Origin: the human T2T-CHM13v2.0 reference genome, Homo sapiens
Direction: 5' to 3' (one strand)
DNA: 64,000 bases
Assembly (NCBI RefSeq): GCF_009914755.1
Contig: NC_060932.1
Within the stretch, counting starts at the first letter, position 1. The number at the start of each line of letters is the position of its first letter. Below, piece by piece: positions 51,000-63,539 of the stretch. Below the pieces are notes generated by a model, which made no database searches, was not told the origin of the DNA, and was given only the letters and a program-made list of their open reading frames with translations. A program made the position numbers and the translations under genes.

Positions 51000-51165
51000 T
51001 CCTATTTCATTTAAACCTCATGTGAAGCAAGTTTATCATCCCCATTTCACAGATAAGGAAACTGAAAGAAGTAGAAGAATTTGCCCAAGGCCATACAGCT
51101 AACACAGGGGTGGGGGACACAGGATTCAAAACCAAATTTAGTTGCTGTCAAAGTCTATGCTCTTT
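51000..51165 (-). mobile_element. MIR
   Basis: atccccatttcacagataaggaaactga...ttgcccaaggccatacagct. Confidence 0.75.
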
Positions 51166-51236
51166 GTAGGTTCATGCTGGAATAACTTCAGGCAGAGGAG
51201 AAGGAAACTATCTACGATGTGAGAAGGAAACGATTC

Positions 51237-52252
51237 TGTAACTGCCCAAGGGGTTCACCTTGCCCACTGCCTGGACAGAGCCTATTCATCAGGACAGGGG
51301 AATTGCAATACAGAAAGAGTAATTCATGCAGAGCCAACTATACGGGATACTGGAGTTTTGTTATTACTCAGCCTCCCCAAGCATTCGGGGAGCAGAGTTT
51401 TTTTGTTTTGTTTTTTTTGTTTGTTTGTTTTTGTTTTTTTAAGATGGAGTCTTGCTTTGTCACCAGGCTAGAGTGAAGTGGCATGATCTTGGCTCAGTGT
51501 AACTTCCAACTCCCCGGTTCAAGCAATTCTCCTGCCTCAGCCTCCCTAGTAGCTGGGATTACAGGCATGTGCCACCATGCCCAGATAATTTTGTATTTTT
51601 AGTAGAGATGGGGTTTCACCATGCTGGCCAGGATGGTCTCCTGACTTCGTGATCTGCCTGCCTCAGCCTCCCAAAGTGCTGGGATTACAGGCGTGAGCCA
51701 CCGTGCCCGGCCTCGGGGAGCAGAGTTTTTAAGGATAACTTGGTGGGTGGTGGGCAAGCCAGTGAGCCAGGAGTGCTGACTGGTCATGGATAAAATTATA
51801 GGGAGTCGAAGCCGTCTTCTTGCGCTGAGTCAGTTCCTGAGTTGGGGGGGCCGCTAGATCAGATGAGCCAGTTTATTGATCTGGGTGGTGCCAGCTGATC
51901 TATCAAGCGCAGAGTCTGCAAAATATCTCAAGCACTGATCTTAAGAGCAGTTTAGGGAGGGTCAGAATCTTGTAGCCTCCAGCTGCATGACTCCTAAACC
52001 ATAATTTCTAATCTTGTGGCTAATATTGGTCCTACAAAGGCAATCTAGTCCCTAGGCAAGAAGGAGGTCTGCTTTGGGAAAGGGCTGTTACTGTCTTTGT
52101 TTAAACTATAAACTATAAACTGTTTCTCCCAAAGTTAGTTCAGCCTACACCCAGGAATGAACAAGGACAGCTTGGAGGTTAGAAGCAAGATGCAGTCGGT
52201 TAAGTTAGATTTCTTTCACTGTCTCAGTCATAATTTTGCAAAGGGGGTTTCA
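51237..52252 (-). mobile_element. LTR8 (ERV1) solo LTR with an Alu insertion
   Basis: Minus strand begins TGAAACCCCCTTTGCAAAATTATGACTGAGACAGTGAAAG; TSD attc/atcc. Confidence 0.9.
51400..51712 (-). mobile_element. AluSc-like inside LTR8
   Basis: Perfect 18-bp TSD tcggggagcagagttttt. Confidence 0.95.
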
Positions 52253-52466
52253 ATCCTGTAACTATCTATAACCTGGTTTGAAGACTTATCTAACGCTGAT
52301 GGCAACCCAGAAAATCAGTGACATGATCCTCACTTTACAGAGAACCCTGTGCCAAGTTCCACCAGTTGTGGTAATGGTGCAGCCTTGGTTTGGTCTGATT
52401 TCAGGGCCATTCACCTTCCTGTCATGCACACAGTCACACGAATCAGGAAATAAGAATGGGAACCTC

Positions 52467-52471
52467 TGTGC

Positions 52472-52503
<32 letters not shown>

Positions 52504-52518
52504 AGTATCTGTGTGTGT
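52467..52518. repeat. (TG)n microsatellite
   Basis: Read directly from the sequence. Confidence 0.95.
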
Positions 52519-53124
52519 AGGACAGTAGATTCTGTTACAAGAATGGTGGGAAGTTGACTCTAGCACGGAATGCCAAGTTGAGGAGTTGTGTTAGAAGCTG
52601 AAAACTTCGGTGACCCCCTTCTCCTATCTGACTTGTTTTCTGTCAACCATGGGCTTTCTGACAGGTGTGGTCTTCTCTCTGGAAAGTAGATCCTGAAGCA
52701 GTGGCTTGTGTTCTGGTATTTATTTTGAGAAGTAATCCCAGAGAACAGGAGTGGGGCAAGGAGAGTGAAATGGAGAAGGAGGGGGAACCATACAGAAGTG
52801 TGGTCTTAAGTTGATCACTGCTGCGAGAAGCTGGGACTCAACTTCCCTGGTCCCTTTTAAGGAGCCATGGGGAATGTACTTCAGCATTGTCTGGCTAAGG
52901 ACCGAGGAAGAGGACATTGTCTACCAGCCTTGAGGAAGGGGACATTGTCTACCAGCCTCGAGCCCCGGAGGGTTAACTCCCTCACACTTGTAGGTCGTGC
53001 ACATGTGAATGCTGGGCAGGACCCTGCAGGTCTCCTGACAGGAGACTCTGTCAGAAGGCCTCTGGAGCAAGATTCTAAAGCAAAATTCAGCAATCACAGA
53101 CAGGATGTTGTTTCTTGTCTGATC

Positions 53125-53220
53125 AATTTACAATTTCTATGAGATTTCTTATAAATGAAATAATGCAATATGGGGCCTTTGTGTCTGGCTTCTTTCACTT
53201 AGCAATGTTTTCAAGGTTAG
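53125..53220 (-). mobile_element. L1M 3'UTR fragment
   Basis: cctttgtgtctggcttctttcacttagcaatgttttcaaggtt. Confidence 0.75.
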
Positions 53221-53294
53221 AAAACAAATTTTGAAAGGATTGTTTTTGCTGCACCATCAAGCTATTTGGTCCTGCTTGGTGTTGAAACACTGTC

Positions 53295-53335
53295 CCTGCA
53301 GGTGTCGCTGCTTGCAGAACAGCGGCCCCTGGTGG
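53295..53335. promoter_or_regulatory. Two convergent CTCF-like motifs
   Basis: + strand CCTGCAGGTGTCGCTG; - strand CCACCAGGGGCCGCTG. Confidence 0.45.
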
Positions 53336-55357
53336 AAGTGAGGTGAAGTCCACCAGCCCAATTGCACAGACAAACATTTGCCAAGCCACTCTCTGAGGGA
53401 AGAAATGGAGGTATGAGAGTTCTTTTACAAGGCCAGGGGAATTTCAAAAAAATAAAACTAGTTTGTCCCTACTACTGAAGCTTTCCTAAAACAAAATTGT
53501 ATGGGGAAAATATGGCAAACAGGTGTTAGCAATTGTTGGTCTTCATGCTCTGTATTATAAGAATCTGTAAGGTTGAGATAAGTATATGGGGCATTTGCAT
53601 TCCTTGAGATTACTCCAGTGGGATTTGATGGTCTTATAGGCTAGCCCTAATGAAATAGCAAGTGCATTTGGAGAAATCTATACTTAAAGTTATGTTAAAT
53701 ACCCATAAATTAAGCCTAAATACAGCTGTGCTATTACTCTGGCTATTAGTAGCAATCAAGTGTTTAAGCCCTGAAAATTTTCCCATCAAAATTCAAGTCT
53801 ATGGCAAACAAGATAATGAAGAAGCATATTCTTATGTTAATAAGGCTATATTAGATCTTGTCCTCCCCACAGTGAGACAATTTAAATAGATCTTTGGACA
53901 AATATGTGTTCCCATTATTTTGGTTCCTCCACTACTTCAGTTTCAGCACGTCCCTGGCCACATTTTCTCCTCCTGACATAAAGTTGAACCAAGTACAGTA
54001 GAAGAGAGTCACCTAAAAAGAGTTTTTGCAGAGAGCAGGTGAGAAGCTCACATCTACTAATCCGAACAATAGCCCTTTGGAATATGCTTCAGTGGCTCTG
54101 TGCACTTCTTTTCAGCAACCAGTATATTGGTGATTACTTAATTATATAATATGCCTGGGTTCTTCCTCATGAGGTTTGTACCTATACCCTGAAATATACA
54201 TATGTATGTCTTCCGTGAGGGTTATGTATATATAGCCTGCTAGTAGGGCTAAATATAAAAATACACCGTGTTCCCAGAGCCTAGGAGAGTGCCTTGCACG
54301 TATTAGGTGCTGAGTAAATATTTTTGGATTGATTGTCTAAATGAAAAGTGTTCTGAAGACATGATTTCTAGTTCCGACTCTGTGGCTTGTGTTTTGGCCT
54401 AGACCAGTAAGTTCTTGTGAAAATCAGATGAGAGAATGTGCTTTAATATAGTACTTTAAAATAGTAAAGTTCCATAATGCAGCTTATTAAAACCAATGGT
54501 CACAATTGGCCTTCTGCAATGTTCGGTTTGGGTCGATTTAATTCATTGAGGGCCTACTGCATGCAAGATATAGGTGCAGACATTGCTCAGGAGCCCCAGA
54601 AAAGTTAGACACGGCCCCTGTTCCAAAAGAGATGAAGAGATTTTGATAAAAGGACAGGAAAATAAGACAAATATGAAAATAAGAATATCTGGTGAATAAT
54701 TCAAAATACTTAATCATTGGTATGACAGAGGCAATTAACTATGAGAATGAACGTCTGCAGTAGAACTGAATATCAATCCTAGTAGAGGTGACATGGACTT
54801 TATAATAATGTCTTTACCTGACAAGAAGTGAATAAGGAGTAAAGTAATAGTGCTACTCAAGCTTTCTCATGGAAGTGTATATAACAGCAGATAAGTTAAA
54901 AAAATATTTTCTGTGGTCTGAGCCTGTGTGGCCCCAAATGGCACACCATGATTTTGAAATTACTTTGAAGTCCTGGGCTTTATCTCAAACACCATGAACA
55001 TTTTGCATTCTGTACCATAATGCACCCCATTTCCTTGGATTATAATATACAAATACTACCCTCTACTCCACTAAAAATCTGAATCTAATTGACACTCCAG
55101 GAAGCCCCACTGAATTTAGTTAGGTATACTTGGTTGTTGGCCTAAAAGGAAGAAGCTGAGGCAAAATTAATATAGAGAGTTTATTTGGGCCAAGGTCAAG
55201 GGCTGCAGCCTGGGATACGCTTCCAAGTTGCCTTGGCGAGTGGTCCAGAGAACAAAATAGAGGCTCAAGTTTTTAAAGAAAAAAGGATGAATCAGGAGAG
55301 GGGGCAGTTACAAAAGTTGTTTGTCAGGAATTCTCATTGGTTAACAGAAATAACATT

Positions 55358-55910
55358 TGTTACCAGAAAGGGGTCTGGATCCAGACCCCAAGAGAGGTTC
55401 TTGGATCTTGAACAAGAAAGAATTCTGGGTGAATCTATAAAGTGAGATAAAGTTTATTAAGAAAGTAAAGGAATAAATGAATGGCTACTCCATAGGCAGA
55501 GCATCCCCAAGGGATGCTGGCTGCCCATTTTTATGGTTATTTCTTGATTATATACTAAACAAGGGGTGGATTATTCATGCCTCCCCTTTTTAGACCATAT
55601 AGGGTAACTTCCTGATGGTGCCATGGCATTTATAAGCTGTCATGGTGCTTGTGGGAGTGTAACAGTGAGGACACCAGAGGTCACTCTCATCGCCATCTTG
55701 GTTTGGGTTTTGGTAAGTTTTAGCCAGCTTCTTTACTGCAACCTGTTTTATCAGCAAGGTCTTTATGATCTGTGTCTTGTGCTGACCTCCTATCTCATCC
55801 CGTGACTAAGAATGCCTTAACCTCCTGGGAATGCAACCCAGTAGGTCTCAGCCTTATTTTACCCAGCCCCTATTCAAGATGGAGTCACTCTGGTTCAAAC
55901 GTCTCTGACA
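55358..55910 (-). mobile_element. MER41A solo LTR
   Basis: 553 bp, TGTTACC...TCTGACA; TSD catt/cact; attattcatgcctcccc junction without the GAS block. Confidence 0.92.
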
Positions 55911-56024
55911 CACTGGTTAATGATTGGCTATACATTGTTGAAGTACAGGGTGTACAGCATTTTATGGCTACTTGGCATCAGTTAGTCTAGAGCCTACATT
56001 GCAAGTGGCTTCAAGAAACAATTA

Positions 56025-56143
56025 TTTTCATTTTTAATTTTTGTGGGTACATAGTAGGTATATATATTTATGGGATACATGAGATATTTTGATACAGGCA
56101 TACAATGTGTAATAATTATATCAGGATAAATGGGGTATGTATC
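56025..56143 (-). mobile_element. L1MA 3'-terminal fragment
   Basis: tttttgtgggtacatagtaggtatatatatttatggg...ttgatacaggcatacaatg. Confidence 0.8.
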
Positions 56144-56684
56144 AGCTCAAGGGCGAGTGAGGTATGACTAGTGTTATATTTCAAATGCCTTTCTGGGCCT
56201 GATAATTTAAAGGGGCTCACATTCCTCAGATAAAAAGTATTTTTCTTTCTCACGGTCATGTTTCCTGGCACTGCAGAGGGTGTACTGCAGCTGAAAGCTG
56301 GAGATCCTGTGGGAGAATCACAGGGTCAGATCATTCAATCAGAAGTAGACATTTGCTCTGAAGGATCTACTTCTCTTTTGGGTCTGCGCCCTCCACGTGT
56401 CAGGGGCAGCACATCCCCTTCATTTTATTTATTTATTCCAGGCCTAGAAGACTTGGCATTCTGTCATTCACTGTGAAATTTTGGGATAACATTCTTAGTT
56501 TTCCTGTTTCTAGACTAGTTCTCAAGCTTCCTGGATGACTTCTCAGGGCTCTATAAGGGCAGGCAGGATCAGAGGTTAGCTTCGCACTCTACCCTCCCAC
56601 CCCCCAGTGCTTCTCTGAGGGCGCTGGTGATGTTCTGGAGACTACATTCAATTGTGTTTTCTCAAACTCATCTGCCGTGACATT

Positions 56685-57232
56685 TGTTACAGGAAAGGGG
56701 TCTGGATCCAGATCCCAAGGGAGGGTTCTTGGATCTCGCACAAGGAAGAATTCAGGGCGAGCCCATGGAGTAAAGTGAAAACAAGCTTATTAAGAAAGTA
56801 AAGGCATGAAAGAATGGCTACTGCATAGGCAGAGCAGCCTTGAGGGCTGCTGGTTGCCCATTTTTATGTTGTTTTTTTTTTTTTTAAATTATATACTAAA
56901 GAGGTGAATCCCCTTTTTAGACCGTATAGGATAACTTCCTGATGTTGCCATGGCATTTATAAACTGTCATGGCGCTAGTGGGAGTGTAGCAGTGAGGAAG
57001 GCCAGAGGTCACTCTAGTGGCCATCTTGGTTTTGGTGGGTTTTGGCCAGCTTCTTTACTGCAAACTGTTTTATCAGCAAGGTCTTTATGACCTGTATTTT
57101 GTGCTGACCTCCTATCTCATCCTGTGACTTAGAATGCCTTAACCATCTGGGAATGCAGCCCAGTAGGTCTCAGCCTTATATTACCCAGCTCCTATTCAAG
57201 ATGGAGTTGCTCTGGTTGAAACACCTCTGACA
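56685..57232 (-). mobile_element. MER41A solo LTR, second copy
   Basis: TGTTACAGGAAAGGGG...caagatggagttgctctggtt...TCTGACA. Confidence 0.92.
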
Positions 57233-57399
57233 CTGTCAGCATTGGGATGTAGGGGACTACTTCCTCCAACTAAACACAAAACCTTACTGGGACTTTTGTG
57301 AGAATACACATTAGTTTTCTTCTAGTTTCTGCTGTCACCATTGCTGAATTTTCGATGTGGGTGACCTCCCTCTTTACTATTTATCTTTGGGCAAACAAA

Positions 57400-57880
57400 T
57401 CCTGCCTTATTTTCAGTGACTACTAATATAATATAGATGCTAAATGTAGGCCTTCATAGATAATGCCCTCAGCCCTAACCCTGTCTGATCTCCAATGCCA
57501 TGATCCATCAGCATAGAAGACATTCCACTTGGATATCTTCCCATCACTCAACCCCAAACAAGTCCTAAATATAAGTCACGGGCATCGTCTTTCCCAAACC
57601 CCCTCATCTCACGACTTGTCCATTTCTGCCAGTGTTACCACCTTCCATCCTCCCAGTCATTCAGGCTCAAAACCTTGGTATCATCTTTCCCTCTTCCTTC
57701 TTACTGGTACCTTATATCCACCCAGTTGCCAGGACTTATTGGTTGAATTATTACCAGTCATTGAAATTTGATAGAATTAGCAGCAATATTTTACTTTGTA
57801 CTAATCTCTGTGCCTTTCCTTCTTTCCGCCCATACTCTGCCCCCATCACCTGTCAGTCTAAGGCCAGGAACATTGCCTGA
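57400..57880 (+). mobile_element. L2 fragment
   Basis: gacattccacttggatatc...cagtcattcaggctcaaaaccttgg. Confidence 0.55.
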
Positions 57881-58445
57881 AGGCGAGTAGGGATTTCAGT
57901 GCAGGAATGTAAAGATAAGAGTTAGCTTTCTTTTTGACTTCCAAATTATGCTCTTGAGAATCAAAAGGGAGAGTGCCAGCGCAGGCAGGGCTTAGTGTTT
58001 ATGCAGCAATGAAGCTTAGAAAGAGAATTAAAGGAGAGAGTTAAAGTGTAAAGGCCACCTGGAGAATGACCCGGGGGCTATTTTGAGGAAGGGCATGAAA
58101 GGCTTGGAAGATGGAAAATGCCAAGGAACCACTGGGAGCTGACCCATTCCCTACCATGCATCCTACCAGCCAGCAGAGACCCTCATAGCTCAGGGAGGAG
58201 GGTGGTCCATCCAGCACTTCATCTCATCTGTGAATTGTCCCACGGGGTTCCTATTCTGACTGCCCTGCTCGTTAGTCCTTCCAGAAAGGGAGGAGGTGGG
58301 ATGTTCTTAACCTAGCAAGTAGTTAAGATTCTTAACCTTAACAAATGGAAGAAAGAGCCCCAACATCTGGACTTGGGCGGGACTCTTTTTACTAACACCT
58401 CTGCAGCTGGTAATTGTCAGATCATCATCAAGGAGGGCTGATAGG

Positions 58446-59294
58446 CTGGAAAAAAAATGCTGCACACATACAATCTGATCTTGACAAAATCAACAAAACA
58501 AGCAACGGGGAAAGGACTGCCTATTCAATAAATGGTGCTAGGATAACTCATTAGCCATATGCAGAAGATAGAAACTGGACCCCTTCCTTATACCATATGC
58601 AAAAATCAACTTAAGGTGGATTAAAGACTTGAATGTAAAATCTGAAACGATGACAATCCTGGAAGACAACCTAGGAAATACTATTTTGGACATAGAACTT
58701 GGCAGAGATTTCATGATGAAGACACCAAAAGCTATTGTAACAAAAACAAAAATTGACAAATAGGACCGAATTAAACTAAAGAGCATCTGCACAGCCAAAG
58801 AAACTATCAATAGAGTAAACAGACAACCCACAGAATGGGAGAAAATACTTGCAAACTATGCATTTGACAAAGGTCTAATATCAAGAATCTATAAGGAGCT
58901 TAAATATATAAGCAAAAAAAAAAAACCATTAAAAACTGGGCAAAAGACATCAACAAACACTTTGCAAAAGAAGATATACATGTGGCCAACAATCATGAAA
59001 AATAGCTCAGCATCGGCCGGGCGCGGTGGCTCACACCTATAATCCCAGCACTTTGGGAGGCCTAGGCGGGCGGATCACGTGGTCAGGAGATCAAGACCAT
59101 CTTGGCTAACACGGTGAAACCCTGTCTACTAAAAATACAAAAAATTAGCCAGGCACGCTGGCAGGCGCCTGTAATCCCAGCTACTCAGGAGGCTGAGGCA
59201 GGAGAATGGCGTGAACCCGGGAGGCGGAGCTTGCAGTGAGCCGAGATAGCGCCACTGCACTCCGGGGCCTGGGCGAAAGAGCGAGACTCCGTCT

Positions 59295-59328
<34 letters not shown>

Positions 59329-60114
59329 GCTCAGCATCACTGATCATTAGAGAAATGCAAATCAAAACCACGAAGAGATACCATCTCATACCAGCGAGAG
59401 TCGCTATTACTAAAAAGTTAAAAAATAACAGATCCTGGTGAGGTTATAGAGAAAAGGGAACACATACACTGCTGGTGGGAGTGTAAATTAGTTCAGCCAT
59501 TGTGGAAAGCAGTTTGGTAATTTCTCAAAGAACTTAAAGCCAAATTACCATTTGACCCAGCAGTCCCATTATTGGGTATATACCCAAAGAAATATAAATC
59601 ATTCTGCCATAAAGACACATGCACCCTGTATATTCATTGCAGCACTATTCACAATAGCAAAGACATGGAATCAACCTAAGTGCCCATCAATGGTAGACTG
59701 GATGAAGAAAATGTGGTACAAGTGCATCATAAAATACTAAGCAAACATCAAAAAAGGAATGAGTTCATGCCCTTTGGAACAACATGGATGGCACTGGTGG
59801 CCATTATCCTAAACAAAATAACACAGGAACAGAAAACCAAATATTGAATGTCCTCTCTTATAAGTGGGAGCTAAATATTGAGTACATATGGACAAAAAGA
59901 AGGGAATAACAGACACCAGGGTCTACTGGAGGGTAGAGGGTGAAAGGAGGGTAAGGATTGAAAAACTACCTATCGGGTACAATGTTTCTTAACCTGGGCG
60001 ATAAAATGATCTGTACACCAGATCCCTGTGACATGCAATTTACCCATGTAGCAAATCTGCACGTGTATCCTTGGACCTAAGATAAAAGTTAAATAAATAA
60101 ATAAATAAATTGAA

Positions 60115-60145
<31 letters not shown>

Positions 60146-60147
60146 TT
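58446..60147 (+). mobile_element. 5'-truncated L1PA15/16-like element with an AluY insertion
   Basis: Degenerate ORF2 3' region, 3'UTR gaaaaactacctatcgggtac, A/TA tail; TSD-like aaggagggctgatagg/aaggaaggctgatggg. Confidence 0.88.
59015..59326 (+). mobile_element. AluY-lineage element
   Basis: CpG-rich, A31 tail, perfect 17-bp TSD aaaaatagctcagcatc. Confidence 0.96.
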
Positions 60148-60459
60148 AAGGAAGGCTGATGGGAAAGTGAAATCTAACTCCTTTCTTTTTCTCAGAGGTT
60201 TGCATTTTCTGGAGGAGATTTGGTGATATTAGTCTTCCCCTGAGCAGTCCAAAGGTCTGGCTTCCTAAAATATAGTGGAAAAAAAAGATAGGATGTAAAA
60301 AACTATTAAGCAGTTAATTTTATTCAGGCTTTATTCAACATTAGAGAAAATGTTCATTAATCAGAACCATCTCAAAGAAAGAGAAAACCTTTTCTACTGA
60401 GGTAAATAAACAAGGAGTCCCAAGGAAAGGTGGACAGAAAGTGAGTCTTCGTAAATATA

Positions 60460-60461
<2 letters not shown>

Positions 60462-60504
<43 letters not shown>

Positions 60505-60604
60505 TCGTTATGTTGCCCAGGCTAGTCTCGAACTCTTGGGCTCAAGCAATCCTGCCTTGGCCTCCCTAAGTGCTGGGACAGGCGTGAGCCACTGTGCCCT
60601 GCCT
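60462..60604 (-). mobile_element. FLAM/AluJ monomer whose tail is a (TG)n microsatellite
   Basis: (TG)~21 joined to tctcgttatgttgcccaggctagtctcgaactc. Confidence 0.85.
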
Positions 60605-61124
60605 AGCAAGCAAATCTTATCTGAGTCATGAGAAACATATGGAAGGGCAAGATGGTGCTTTGTGATGTGCCCTTTTTTGGGACACAATAGGGTTCAGGGG
60701 GATCTTTTAACTGTAGCTGCTTTCAGGGAACACAGGGCTCAGATAAAGTTCAGTGTAGTCAAGGGAAAACTGTCAAGCAAATACAAGCATGCTGATATTT
60801 CCCACTTTTGCAGTTAAAGGCTTCTTTTCCTATCTTGTTCCCTGCTAGTTGTCAACTAATTCTTAATGAAGTGCGAAAACCCCGAGGTTCGATCTGCATA
60901 AAAATGTTTTATGTGAGGTTATGTTTGGACTATGTTATGACTTTTAAATTAAAAGGAGCCCCACTTAGTAATCTGTAAAAGCTAAGCTCTGACAGGTGAC
61001 AGTTTGCCTGGACTATTACATGAAAATCTTCTGTCTTAAAAGACACATTTTTTCTTTAACATACCCAGGTCTGCTTTGATAGGACTCCTACGATTGTATG
61101 TCTCCTCTGGACCCTCTTCTAAGT

Positions 61125-61375
61125 AGAGGTTCTTCAGCCTCTAGATATTTGGGACTCTTTTTTTTTGATGGGGACTGTCCTGTGCACTGTAGCATGTTTA
61201 GCAACATCCCTGGCCTCTACCCTCTAAATGCCAGTAGCATTCCCGCTTCTGACATCTGGTCCCCATCCCACCCCTGCCCCGACCTTTGTACAATGAGAAA
61301 TGTCTCCAATCATTGCCAAATGTCCTAAATGTCCTTGGGGGAGGAGGAACCATCCTCAATTGATTACCACTGATT
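61125..61375. mobile_element. MER20
   Basis: ctgtcctgtgcactgtagcatgtttagcaacatccctggcctctacc. Confidence 0.85.
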
Positions 61376-62059
61376 TAAGAGTTTATGCATTAGATTCAGA
61401 AAATGCTAGGATTCGAGTAGGAATAGAGCATATAAGACATAGCTTGAGATAGAGTTTAATGAAATAATCAGGTTGCTAGCATATCAACATGAAACACCAT
61501 TGGAGGCCAAGGAAGTGGATGGAAAAGCCCAGCATAACTAGTACCAAGTGTTAAACATCCAAAGTAAGGTCAAGGGAAAGACTGGTGACTAATTAGGAGC
61601 AACTCGAGAGTTTCCAAATGAACAAACCTAAAGAATAAATGTGTTCAGGAGACTCAAAAGTACACTCAAAGGCTATGGGTTATAGCCACTGGATTCTAAT
61701 TCTATTATTTTTATACTTAATCATTTCATATTGAGATATGAGTTTTTTGGCTTTATTCAATTTGTATTAATTTTGTACAATAAAATGGTATTTTATATTT
61801 TAAGGGGCACGTGTTTCACCATGCTGTCTTCTTTTTCATATTCCAAGTTAAGAGAACTAAATTACTTGGTGTAAGACCGGATTGTACAATCTTCTGTTAC
61901 AAACCTCAAACGGCAGGTGAAATAATACTGAGAAAGTTCTTTGAGGGTCTAATAGGCAGTTTCATTCCTTTCATGGAGAAAGAAAACATGACAAGGTGTT
62001 ATTGATAACAGCTTAATGCATGCTCCTCTCAGTGACATTTCTGTAACAGTATTTTTTGC

Positions 62060-62175
62060 TAGTTTTAAGTCTTTTGAGGGCAGGGACCATATCTTGTTTG
62101 CTCTTATATCTTTACCACAGTCCTTGGAACACAGTAGATTCTTAATAAATATTCTTTGAATAAGTGGATGAATAC
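62060..62175 (+). mobile_element. L2 3' end
   Basis: gagggcagggaccatatcttg...cagtagattcttaataaatatt. Confidence 0.7.
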
Positions 62176-63397
62176 ACACAAAGTGAGACTCAAAGAAGTT
62201 GGTGTTCCATCTAGAGTTTCATGCACAGACAGGCATATCGGGATGGGAAATGGTAGGACAGGGCAAGTAGTTACTATGGCATCCTTGAGAAGTGATCATT
62301 ATAGAATAGACCTATATAGTAAGGTGGGCCCAACATTTCAACATGATCTGCAACATCCATCATTAGCCCTATGGAGGACATTTATTAACCAGGGCTGTCC
62401 ATGTTTTTAATGCACTCTCACTTGTGAGCCACAGCGATCTTCCTCCTATCTCCAGCTGTATCAAAAGGACTCCATCCTCATTCTGCAACCGAAAACTCTG
62501 AGGCTTACATGCTACATATGTGCATAAATACAGCCACCCATAAATATAGTTTGTTTCCTTAGATCTTGCTTGCACTTGAATTTGCATGTCTTGTTTAAAT
62601 ATTCTTATGAAATGAAGATGTAGAAATATGCATTATAGACCTTCTCTTGTATTGCACAATATGGTTGAGTGCCACAAGATTTGTAGCTTGGGAATGTAAT
62701 GCACAGATTTATAGAATCTCGGGGAGGTTTGCCAGAATAAAAGACATCCCTCTGCTTTTAAGTATTTATTTTAGAATAAATATAGATTTACTTATAATGA
62801 AACAGTAATAGTTTTCATTCTTTTTTTCACTCATCTTTTCTATAAATATGTAGCAATTGCATGCTTATTTTGAATGGAGAATTGTGTTAGGGACTCTGAA
62901 AGTCCTAAAAATGAGAAAGCCTGAGTCTCTTTTCTTTAAGAGTCTAATCCAGTTGGAGTGACTTGGAGGAATTAAAGTATACTCCCTTCCTATTAAAAAA
63001 AGAAAGATACAAAAGAGTGTAAGAGTTAAGCAAAAATGCAACCAGTGCAGCTTCATAAGCTCCTGACTACATTCTGTGATGACAGTTTGACTTTGAATAT
63101 TCTTATATGGTGTAATGAAGTGAGAAGTTGAGTAGAGTAAATCCTCATTGCTCATCCTGTTGTTCATCATTTTGTTAATTCATTTTTGAGAATAAATGAA
63201 TGCTAATGGGTGTTCCTTTAAATGTACTAGCTAAGTGCCATCATGCTCTTATTAATTATGGGTTTATTGAGGAAGGAAAATGGAAGAGAAGTGCTTTTGT
63301 CCTCTAAAGGGAAGATTTTAGCTGTGGTTACAGTTAACAAACACATACCATTGGAAACTCCCAGAAGATGGGGGGTGGGGTTGGAGACAGGAAGAGA

Positions 63398-63399
<2 letters not shown>

Positions 63400-63430
<31 letters not shown>
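63400..63430. repeat. (CA)n microsatellite
   Basis: Read directly from the sequence. Confidence 0.96.
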
Positions 63431-63434
<4 letters not shown>

Positions 63435-63539
63435 TGGATTTTGAAAGAGAACTGACAGAGCCCTATGGGAGAAGAACTACTTCTGTGTAAGTGGTTAAAG
63501 TACTTGGTAGTGTGCACTCAACTAACACAAGTGATGTAT

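Larger units (their letters stand above)
55135..56252 (-). mobile_element. MER4-group ERV1 solo LTR (subfamily uncertain) hosting MER41A and an L1MA fragment
   Basis: TG...CA ends with TSD tggt/cggt; minus strand begins TGAGAAAGAAAAATACTTTTTATCTGAGGAATGTGAGCCCC. Confidence 0.75.

Noticed and set aside
55358-57232. The two MER41A LTRs as ends of one provirus
   Set aside because: No PBS, polypurine tract or internal sequence between them; the first has its own TSD inside another LTR
60870-60900. GGTTCGA B-box-like motif suggesting a tRNA or Pol III gene
   Set aside because: No A-box, cloverleaf stems or terminator visible
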